DNA from: a bacterium
Lineage (GTDB): Bacteria > T1Sed10-126
DNA: 64,000 nt
Assembly (NCBI GenBank): GCA_003554945.1
Contig: PWHN01000102.1
Location: 240-64,239 of the forward strand
Direction of reading: 5' to 3'
Shown: positions 1-7,689 of the stretch, in pieces
Position numbering within the stretch: the first letter of the stretch is position 1
How the letters are laid out: every line of letters starts with the position of its first letter
Made by a program: the position numbers and the translations under genes
Notes under the pieces: generated by a model
The model's input: the letters and a program-made list of their open reading frames with translations, nothing else
Database searches by the model: none
Told to the model about the DNA's origin: nothing

Positions 1-1
1 C

Positions 2-718
2 AATGTCCTCTTTCCCAACGACGCCTTTGGCCAGCACTACGCAACCGCCCACCGTTTCAACGACCAGGTTAACCAGGAGGAGCTGTGGCAGGAGGCGCTC
101 AAATACTACGTCAACATTCTCACCCCGTTCAGCGCCCTGGTCAAGCGAAAAATTGAGGAACTTGAGGAGCTGGACGTGCCCGTGGACGTGATCGCCCCCA
201 GCCATGGCGTTATCTGGCGCGAGGAGCCGATGCAGATAGTTGAAAAATACGCCCAGTGGGCCGAACAAGAGGCCGAGGAACGGGTCGTCGTTCTCTACGA
301 CACGATGTGGGAGGCAACACGGAAGATGGCCGATGAAATTGGTCGCGGCGTCGCCGAAACGGGCGCGGATTGCAAAGTGTTGCCCGCCGCAACCAGCGAC
401 CGCAACGACTTGCTTGTGGAAATTTTCAAAGCCGCCGTGGTAGCAATCGGCTCCCCGACTTTGAACAACGGCGTGCTACCGACAATTACACCGCTACTGG
501 AAGACCTGCGGGGGCTTGGTTTCAAGAACAAGCAGGGGGCGGCATTCGGTTCCTACGGCTGGTCCGGTGAATCGATTGAAGAGATTGAGGACCACTTTGA
601 GAAAAGCAAAATTTCGCTGGCCGCAGAGGGGTTAAAGTGCAAATGGCAGCCAGACGATGAAGACCTGGAAAGGTGCCGCGAATACGGACGGAAACTGGGA
701 AAAAAAGTACTTGATTAA
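2..718 (+). CDS. Flavodiiron protein (FprA / rubredoxin:oxygen oxidoreductase type), C-terminal part; 5' end lies outside the window
   Basis: The frame is open from the window edge (nt 2) into listed ORF 176..718. NDAFGQHY and APSHG strings of the diiron domain are followed by a flavodoxin-like domain (VVVLYDTMW, GSPTLNNG, FGSYGWSGE). Confidence 0.85.
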   Translation, partial: NVLFPNDAFGQHYATAHRFNDQVNQEELWQEALKYYVNILTPFSALVKRKIEELEELDVPVDVIAPSHGVIWREEPMQIVEKYAQWAEQEAEERVVVLYDTMWEATRKMADEIGRGVAETGADCKVLPAATSDRNDLLVEIFKAAVVAIGSPTLNNGVLPTITPLLEDLRGLGFKNKQGAAFGSYGWSGESIEEIEDHFEKSKISLAAEGLKCKWQPDDEDLERCREYGRKLGKKVLD

Positions 719-948
719 CCGCCGCCGGCGGGCAGATAAAGAAAGAGCTCGTCACCGTCTGAAAGTTCATCACGGCGACTCGCCTCTTCCTCGTTTACAA
801 AAGGGGTAATATGGCGCTGGGCGGTTTTATCCAGTCCCAGCTCCTCCAACACGTCTCGCACCTGCGCATTGTCTTCAACTTCAATTGTCGAGTTGTTCTT
901 CTCTGTCGGAATGTCGAGGAAACTAACAAACTCAAGCTTTATTTTCAC
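715..948 (-). CDS. MoaD/ThiS-family ubiquitin-like sulfur carrier protein
   Basis: 77 aa ending in LPAGGG (C-terminal Gly-Gly). Size and terminus are typical of the family. Its stop overlaps the convergent flavodiiron stop. Confidence 0.55.
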   Translation of the reverse strand: MKIKLEFVSFLDIPTEKNNSTIEVEDNAQVRDVLEELGLDKTAQRHITPFVNEEEASRRDELSDGDELFLYLPAGGG

Positions 949-1118
949 ATTTTCACTCCTTGCTGTTTTTGCTTAAAAAATCACATAATTTAACAGGATT
1001 TGATATATCCAAAGGCTCTGTTGAAATCCCTGCCGATGACGGTCTAATCAATTGCTCTCTAAGATAGTAAAAAGGATTTCAAAAGGGCCTATCAGGAGAA
1101 GAATTTCAGAAGAAATAA

Positions 1119-1544
1119 TTAGTCTACATCGTAGAAATTAAGGAGAAAGTGCGGGTCAAGTGCCCGGGGGTTTTCTTCGGGAATATCACCATCACTCATG
1201 TGGATTTTCAGACGCGCAATAGGAACACCACCCTGCATCTCAACACCGTTATAAGAGCTTGCTCCCCAGGGACTAATTTCCTGAGTTTCTTCAGCATCAA
1301 TCAGATAGAAGTAGTCGTAACCACGTTCAGCGGTCAGCTCCGCGGCACGATAGAGAGCCAACTCACGAGCTTCCTCCCGCCTCAGAGAAGAATTACCCTG
1401 GAATTTTACAAGAAAAACATCCGGACGGATTGCCTGCTCGCTGTAGCCATACCCGCCATTGGAGGCAGGCCGGTAGCGGTTCGCACAGCCAGCTAACAAA
1501 AGCAATAAAAAGAGTGGTAAGAGAAAATATTTTAGCTGCTTCAT
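1119..1544 (-). CDS. Lipoprotein of unknown function
   Basis: The internal ATG at 1544 gives MKQLKYFLLPLFLLLLLAGC, a signal peptide with an LAGC lipobox, preceded by a GGGA-type RBS. The listed ORF start at 1583 is probably an upstream extension. Confidence 0.6.
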   Translation of the reverse strand: MKQLKYFLLPLFLLLLLAGCANRYRPASNGGYGYSEQAIRPDVFLVKFQGNSSLRREEARELALYRAAELTAERGYDYFYLIDAEETQEISPWGASSYNGVEMQGGVPIARLKIHMSDGDIPEENPRALDPHFLLNFYDVD

Positions 1545-1638
1545 CCCTGATCCCTTATCAAAAAAAATAGTCCCATTTTTCACATCCCTGCCTTACTCAA
1601 AAGGTAACACAGACAACTTCATAAATCCAGAAATATTT

Positions 1639-1962
1639 TTAACTTTTCACTACTTCTCGCAGCCAGACCCCATAATCTTCCGAAACTTCATCAACCTCAA
1701 GAGACAATACTTCCGGACAGTCGTAAGGATGATTGGTCTGCAAAAAATCCTCGACCGCCTCACGGCGAGAATCTGTTGTCTTTATAAGCAGAGGGTATTC
1801 TTCATCTTCAACAACCTCACCCTCCCATGAATAGACGGAGGTGACCGGAGAGCTAACGCTCACACAGGCGGCCAAATTTTCTTCGACAAGCTCACGGGAA
1901 AGCTTACTCGCCACTCCCTGTTCATCAACAGTTGTCATAACCAGGATAATTGGAGAACCCAT
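1639..1962 (-). CDS. cutA: Divalent-cation tolerance protein CutA
   Basis: CutA1-like sequence (LAACVSV..., YSWEGEV..., EEYPLLIKT, HPYDCPE). I chose the start at MGSPIILV (1962) because the upstream gene stops at 1970. Confidence 0.85.
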   Translation of the reverse strand: MGSPIILVMTTVDEQGVASKLSRELVEENLAACVSVSSPVTSVYSWEGEVVEDEEYPLLIKTTDSRREAVEDFLQTNHPYDCPEVLSLEVDEVSEDYGVWLREVVKS

Positions 1963-1969
1963 TATCGCA

Positions 1970-3154
1970 TCAGTAGTAGGTGAGCTGGTTGTACATAGTA
2001 GCCTCGCCACGGATGTAACCAAGACGCTTTTCGGCAAGAACTTTTACCATTGAGTGACGGTCCTCTTCGAGGTTTAAGACTTTGTAAAGTTGTTCCCGGG
2101 CACGATCCTCCTCGCCGTATTCGTGCAGGGCAAAGGCAAGATCGTAACTGGCACGGGAATCCTCGGGCGACTCTTCGACACGCTGCTCAAACATTTCTAT
2201 AATTTCACCGGCACGTTCATAACCGGGATCCGCCTTGATGGCGCGGGCGTAGTGTTCGCCGGAAACTTCATCCAGGTCTAAATAATCATAGACGCGGCCC
2301 AGTTGATACTTGGCTTCCGGGTTTCGTGGATCTATTCTGAGAGCGTCGCGGAGATATCGTTCTGCGTAAAAATAAGCCGGGGGAGCAGAAGTCAACGCAC
2401 TGAGCCGCCGGTATTGCAACTGCGTCCGGTTAAGTAAATTGGGCAGCTCCAGCATCGCGTCATAGACGGAAGAAGCAAGCCGGGGCTCCTCCCCGGCATC
2501 AGCGGCGGCTGTCTCTGCCTGACTTTTTAGCTGTTCAAGGGCAGCGATATAATTGCTCCGGTGGGCTTCGTATCTATCGAGCGTCTCGGAAAACTCCTCC
2601 CCGGGGTCCAATTCTTCCAGCAACTCGTCTGCCCGCTGCTGTCGTTCAAGGTTACGTTCAGCAAAATTTACAAGTTCAGAATATAGAGCAGCGACCTCAG
2701 CCCGGCGCTGGTCAAGCTCGCCGTCATGCCATTCCTGCAGTTGCGGCGGTATCTGTTCGCGCCAGTCGTCGGGCAGCTCAAAATGAAAACTCTGGTCGAG
2801 AAAACGTTGTTCCAGCTCAGCGTCAATCTCCTCCGCTCGACCGTCCATGCTCATCTGTTCAAATAGCCAGTCACGTTCCTGCGCCACCTCAACAACCATT
2901 TCTTCCAGCTCCAGCGTAGTAGGAGTAATTTCTGCAGAAACAGTGTCTGCCCGGTCGAGAATATAGGTTGCCTCAGCGACACGCATGTTTGAATGACGGC
3001 GCATAGATCTCCCGAACCAAAAGAGAAGAGCGGAAAGAATAAGAAAGATTACCCCAAACATTGCAAGAGTCCACTTGAAGTCAACCCGTATATACTTGAC
3101 GTAATCTTCAGTTGTAAGAAGGGACTCTCTGGGGTCTGGATTTTCCGAGCTCAT
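1970..3154 (-). CDS. Membrane-anchored coiled-coil / TPR-like protein, function unknown
   Basis: 394-aa ORF with one N-terminal TM helix (LAMFGVIFLILSALLFWF), an acidic coiled-coil middle and C-terminal TPR-like repeats (AKYQLGRVYDYL, YARAIKADPGY). Confidence 0.6.
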   Translation of the reverse strand: MSSENPDPRESLLTTEDYVKYIRVDFKWTLAMFGVIFLILSALLFWFGRSMRRHSNMRVAEATYILDRADTVSAEITPTTLELEEMVVEVAQERDWLFEQMSMDGRAEEIDAELEQRFLDQSFHFELPDDWREQIPPQLQEWHDGELDQRRAEVAALYSELVNFAERNLERQQRADELLEELDPGEEFSETLDRYEAHRSNYIAALEQLKSQAETAAADAGEEPRLASSVYDAMLELPNLLNRTQLQYRRLSALTSAPPAYFYAERYLRDALRIDPRNPEAKYQLGRVYDYLDLDEVSGEHYARAIKADPGYERAGEIIEMFEQRVEESPEDSRASYDLAFALHEYGEEDRAREQLYKVLNLEEDRHSMVKVLAEKRLGYIRGEATMYNQLTYY

Positions 3155-3228
3155 ATTATCACCTTGGGATGGTAACGGAGATCGCGGTCAGCTTGCTACC
3201 TAATTATAGGATAAATTGACAAAAATTT

Positions 3229-6200
3229 CTATCGTCCGCAGCAGTGTTTATATTTAGCACCACTACCGCAGGGACAGGGGTCGTTGCGACCGACGTCTTT
3301 GTCTTTGACAAAGGTTTTAGTGCCGGCTGATGATTTTTCTCCCCCGGCACTACCGGAACGAACCGCTTTCTGCTGTTCGGCTGCCGTGCTGTCAGAAACA
3401 AGATCCGACAACCCGCCGATGCTATCGTGTTTATATTCAGCAACATCCGGGGCACGGACAGCCGTTTTTTCCTCGGCCGCTTCAATCTGATAGATAAAGC
3501 GTAGAAAATCCTCCCGAATCCGAACCTGCAGTTCGTCAAACATGCGGAATCCCTGGCGTTTGTATTCAACCAGCGGATCCTTCTGGGCCATGCTCTCGAG
3601 CTGAATTCCCTGCTTGAGACTGTCCATGGCATCTATGTGTTCTTTCCAGTGGGTGTCAATAACTTTTAGCAAAAGCTGTTTTTCCATCCGCCGGGCCATT
3701 TCTTCCCCCAGTTTCTCATGCCGCCGTGAGCGATAATCAAGCAGTTTTTCAAACAAAAGCGGCTCCAGCTCTTCCGCTCGAAGCTGTTGCCACTCCTCAA
3801 CCTCCTCCTCGGGGGGAGACCAGGCGATTAAATTTTCAATATCATCAAGCAGTTCGGAGAGCGGCCAGTCCTCGGCCGGCCGCCGGTCCTCGGCGTGATA
3901 ATCTATCCAGTCCTCAACCTGGATTTTAATGAAACGCTCAACTTCATCCGAAAGATCCTCCTCATGCAGAGCCAGGTTTCGCTCCCGAAATATAATTTTG
4001 CGTTGCCGGTCAAGGACATCGTCAAATTCAAGCAATCTTTTTCTAATCTCAAAATTACGTGACTCCACTTTTGACTGCGCTTTTTTAATCGACCGACTAA
4101 TCAAACCGTGTTCAATCCGCTGACCCTGTTCAAGCCCCAGCTTCTGCAGCATACCCGATATACGATCTGAGCCAAACAAGCGCATCAGGTCGTCCTCAAG
4201 GGAGACAAAGAAGCGGCTGGCACCGGGATCCCCCTGGCGGGCCGTACGTCCGCGAAGCTGATTATCGATGCGGCGTGACTCGTGTCGTTCAGTCCCTACA
4301 ACATGCAGGCCACATATGGGCTCGTGAGGACAAAAAGGGGCCTCGTCTGGATTTTCGGGTTGCTCCGGACACTCTTCTTCAATCACGCCATCCCCCAGCA
4401 CAATGTCAGTGCCACGTCCGGCCATGTTAGTAGCAATCGTAACGGCACCGGGCTGACCGGCCTGAGCAACTATAGCCGCCTCACGCTCGTGATTTTTAGC
4501 GTTTAATATCTCATGTTCAACGCCCCGCCGGCTCAACTTATGACCCAGCAACTCACTTGTATCAATATCAATTGTACCAACAAGCACCGGTTTCCCATTC
4601 TCATGCAGACGTTCTATTTCGTCAATGACAGCGTTATATTTCTCCTGCTTGGTGCGATAAATCGCATCCTCTTTATCAACCCTGATATCGGGCTTATTGG
4701 TGGGCACAACCACCACGTCGAGGTTATAAATTTCTTGAAACTCCTCGGCCTCGGTGTCGGCGGTTCCTGTCATACCGGCCAATTTGTCATACATGCGGAA
4801 GAAATTCTGGATAGTAATTGTACTCAGTGTCTTGTTCTCCCGCTTTATCTTAACCCCTTCCTTAGCCTCAATCGCCTGGTGCAGGCCATCACTGAAGCGG
4901 CGGCCGGGCTGTAGCCGGCCAGTAAATTGATCGACAATAATTACCTGATTATCTTTAACCACATATTCAGCGTCACGAGCGAAGAGCTCGCGGGCTCGAA
5001 TTGCCTGGTGAACGTGGTGAACAAGTTCCATATTGGCAGTGCTGTAGAGATTTTCGATATCAAAAGCTTCCTCAACCCGATCACTACCGGGATCCAGAAG
5101 GCTGACAGAATTTTTCTCTTCATCAACCTCGTAATCGCGCTCATTTTTTAATTGAGCAACGATTTTATCGACTTTTTTGTAAAGGCTGGCCGGTTTACCT
5201 GCTCGTCCACTGATAATCAACGGAGTTCGTGCTTCATCTATCAGGACACTGTCAATCTCATCAATAATTGCATAATTATGACCCCGTTGAACCATATCTT
5301 CAGGGCGAACCGCCATATTATCGCGCAGATAATCGAAGCCAAACTCGTTGTTTGTGCCGTACGTAATATCGCACTGATACTCGGGAGCTCTTTCTTCCGG
5401 CTTCATACCGTTCTGAATCAGACCGACGCTAACCCCGAGACGCTCATAAATTTCTCCCATCCAGCGGGAGTCACGCTGGGCCAGGTAATCGTTGACAGTA
5501 ACCAGGTGAGCCCCTTTACCAGTGAGTGCATTCAAATAAAGCGGCATAGTGGCGACCAGAGTCTTCCCCTCACCTGTTTTCATTTCAGCAATGCGCCCCC
5601 TGTGGAGAACAACAGCACCAATCAACTGAACGGGATAGTGACGAAGACCAAGCCGGCGGTGGGCCACCTCACGGACCATGGCAAATGCTTCCGGGAGAAC
5701 AAACCAGAGATTTTTAGCTTCCTGCTCCTCCGGCGCTTCGCTGACGAAATGGTCCCAGAGCTGATTAAACTGTTCAAGTAGCTCATCGACGTCTTCAGCC
5801 TGCCAGCCCCGCAAGCGCTCAGCATACGCCTGCTCAAGTTTTTTTACATTTTTTTCAGCAAGCGGTGATTCGATTGCTCCGAGGAAAGCGTCGCCATCGT
5901 ATTTTTCGGTTAATTCAGCGCGATTTTCGCGCAGTAGATCAGCAAATTTTCGGGCGCTCTCTTCCACGTTTACTCCCGTCAGCTTCTCCTGGGCGTCACG
6001 CAGTATTTTTTCGTAATACTGGCGACGGTCGCCTGGTCCTTCCCCTTCTTCTATAAGTTCACGCAGTTCTGCAGTGCGCTTCTCGAACCACTCCTGCGGA
6101 CGGTTGTGAACTGTCCTTTCTAACAAGCCTATTAACTCGGCGATCGGGCTTAACCTTTTAAGGTCACGCTCCTGCTTGGAACCAAAGAAAAATCGTAATA

Positions 6201-6231
6201 TTTTGTCAATGAAAGGTATAAAATTTCTCAT
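3229..6231 (-). CDS. secA: Preprotein translocase ATPase SecA
   Basis: 1000 aa with Walker A MKTGEGKTL, a DEIDSVLIDEARTPLIIS DEAD-like box, TNMAGRGTDI, and the C-terminal zinc motif CPCGSGAKYKHCCG. Confidence 0.97.
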   Translation of the reverse strand: MRNFIPFIDKILRFFFGSKQERDLKRLSPIAELIGLLERTVHNRPQEWFEKRTAELRELIEEGEGPGDRRQYYEKILRDAQEKLTGVNVEESARKFADLLRENRAELTEKYDGDAFLGAIESPLAEKNVKKLEQAYAERLRGWQAEDVDELLEQFNQLWDHFVSEAPEEQEAKNLWFVLPEAFAMVREVAHRRLGLRHYPVQLIGAVVLHRGRIAEMKTGEGKTLVATMPLYLNALTGKGAHLVTVNDYLAQRDSRWMGEIYERLGVSVGLIQNGMKPEERAPEYQCDITYGTNNEFGFDYLRDNMAVRPEDMVQRGHNYAIIDEIDSVLIDEARTPLIISGRAGKPASLYKKVDKIVAQLKNERDYEVDEEKNSVSLLDPGSDRVEEAFDIENLYSTANMELVHHVHQAIRARELFARDAEYVVKDNQVIIVDQFTGRLQPGRRFSDGLHQAIEAKEGVKIKRENKTLSTITIQNFFRMYDKLAGMTGTADTEAEEFQEIYNLDVVVVPTNKPDIRVDKEDAIYRTKQEKYNAVIDEIERLHENGKPVLVGTIDIDTSELLGHKLSRRGVEHEILNAKNHEREAAIVAQAGQPGAVTIATNMAGRGTDIVLGDGVIEEECPEQPENPDEAPFCPHEPICGLHVVGTERHESRRIDNQLRGRTARQGDPGASRFFVSLEDDLMRLFGSDRISGMLQKLGLEQGQRIEHGLISRSIKKAQSKVESRNFEIRKRLLEFDDVLDRQRKIIFRERNLALHEEDLSDEVERFIKIQVEDWIDYHAEDRRPAEDWPLSELLDDIENLIAWSPPEEEVEEWQQLRAEELEPLLFEKLLDYRSRRHEKLGEEMARRMEKQLLLKVIDTHWKEHIDAMDSLKQGIQLESMAQKDPLVEYKRQGFRMFDELQVRIREDFLRFIYQIEAAEEKTAVRAPDVAEYKHDSIGGLSDLVSDSTAAEQQKAVRSGSAGGEKSSAGTKTFVKDKDVGRNDPCPCGSGAKYKHCCGR

Positions 6232-7631
6232 TTTCGGTAGAACTTAAACGCCTCCCTGAGGTGTGGTATTAGTTTGTCGGGTCCAATTAATTCAATATTT
6301 CCCTGCTCGGCATAGGCCTCAGCGCTGGGCCGAAAGCCGCGAAGTGAAACAAAAATTCCCTTGTCAAAACGCTTTTCAAGCATCTCAATTTCAAATTCCT
6401 TCAGTGGCCACTCGGCGACTATCTGATCCCACCTCTTAAAAGTAACCAGGATCCGATCCATCTTGAACATTTCCGTTTCGTCGTGAGCGACCACGTTTAC
6501 CTCGTCCGAACCAAAAGAATCGCTGTTGATAACCTTATAACCGAGACTGCGAGTAATTTCCTCGGCCATCCGCGCAAAATCTTCTCTATCCATGGCCATT
6601 AACTGCTCCAGAAAATCCTCCTCGTCCATCCTCTTTATCTCTTGTTCAAGTATTTTTTCTACGTTTTTGAAGTCAGGATTTTTATCATAAATAGTCTTGT
6701 AAATATCAAGCGCTTCCGCGTGTCGACCTTCTTTCTCCAGCCAGAGTGCTTTACAGTAAAGAAAATTCAACTCGTATTTTTTAGGCAATTCACCGGCCCG
6801 ATAATACTCGTCAAGCTCGTCTAATAATTCTTTGGCCTCCTGAATTCGATCGCCGTTAAGATCAATTCTGATCATAGACAGAATAGCGCGGGCAAAGTAA
6901 ACGCTGTCCCCTTTATCGCGAACAACGCTGTAGAAACTCCGGGCGACCGAATAATCGTCTTTTTCCTCAGCCACGCGCCCGGCTTCAAGTATAGCGTCAA
7001 GATCCCGCGGCGCAGCCTCCATATAGTCCCGGTAAGCGTCCAGTGCCCGGGAGAGGGAATCGAGACGGTAATAGCTGCGTGCAAGGTAAAGAGAAGTTTT
7101 AGTTGGTGGACGATCAAATTTGTCGCGCAGCGTCTGAAAATCCTCCACCGCCCGCTCAAAACGATTTGCCCGGTAGAAAAACCTACCTCGATCAAGATAA
7201 TGGTCGGGATTATCCGGCTCGATATCCAACAGCCGATCAGTAACTTCTATGGCACGGGTTAAGTCATTTGCTTTGTCATACAGGTTTTTTAACCGGCGAA
7301 GTGCTTCAGTTTTTGAGACACTATAAGGCAGAGTGTCGTTGTTAAGACAAATTTGATACTGGCGGGCCGCCCCCCTGTAGTTGCGAGCAACCTCCAGAAC
7401 TCGACCCAGCATCCAGCGGGCCTTGGGATTGGCTGGATTCAAGTCTAAAACCTGGGAAAGCAATGAAGTGGCCTCGTCTTTTTCGCCCTCGGCTAATTTT
7501 TCCTCCGCCTCCTCAATTAATTCGTCCTCACGGCTGAAAAATTGGGCTATTACAAGAGCTAAAGCCCCGAATATGATAATGACCAAAAAAATTAGTAACA
7601 GGCCGGGAAAATCCATAACTGCTCGGGCCAC
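6228..7631 (-). CDS. Membrane-anchored TPR protein with C-terminal Mrr-like (restriction endonuclease fold) domain
   Basis: N-terminal TM helix (LLLIFLVIIIFGALALVIAQFF) and several TPR-like repeats. The C-terminal roughly 110 aa follow the Mrr_cat pattern (LGYKV..SDEVNVVA..ILVTFKRW..GIFVSLRGF..IELIGPDKL). Its stop overlaps the secA start (ATGA). Confidence 0.6.
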   Translation of the reverse strand: MARAVMDFPGLLLIFLVIIIFGALALVIAQFFSREDELIEEAEEKLAEGEKDEATSLLSQVLDLNPANPKARWMLGRVLEVARNYRGAARQYQICLNNDTLPYSVSKTEALRRLKNLYDKANDLTRAIEVTDRLLDIEPDNPDHYLDRGRFFYRANRFERAVEDFQTLRDKFDRPPTKTSLYLARSYYRLDSLSRALDAYRDYMEAAPRDLDAILEAGRVAEEKDDYSVARSFYSVVRDKGDSVYFARAILSMIRIDLNGDRIQEAKELLDELDEYYRAGELPKKYELNFLYCKALWLEKEGRHAEALDIYKTIYDKNPDFKNVEKILEQEIKRMDEEDFLEQLMAMDREDFARMAEEITRSLGYKVINSDSFGSDEVNVVAHDETEMFKMDRILVTFKRWDQIVAEWPLKEFEIEMLEKRFDKGIFVSLRGFRPSAEAYAEQGNIELIGPDKLIPHLREAFKFYRK

Positions 7632-7689
7632 CTTTAATCAATTTGAATCGAACCTAAATATTTTAACACAAATGAGAGCAGGTCGTAAT

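Noticed and set aside
3-191. 62-aa ORF at the window start.
   Set aside because: It is out of frame with the flavodiiron protein frame, which is open from the window edge and continues into 176..718. Its composition (Thr/Ser/Arg-rich) is that of an off-frame read.
5152-5781. 209-aa plus-strand ORF, together with several other 60-130-aa ORFs inside 3229-6231.
   Set aside because: All are antisense or out of frame within secA, whose 1000-aa frame has every expected motif.
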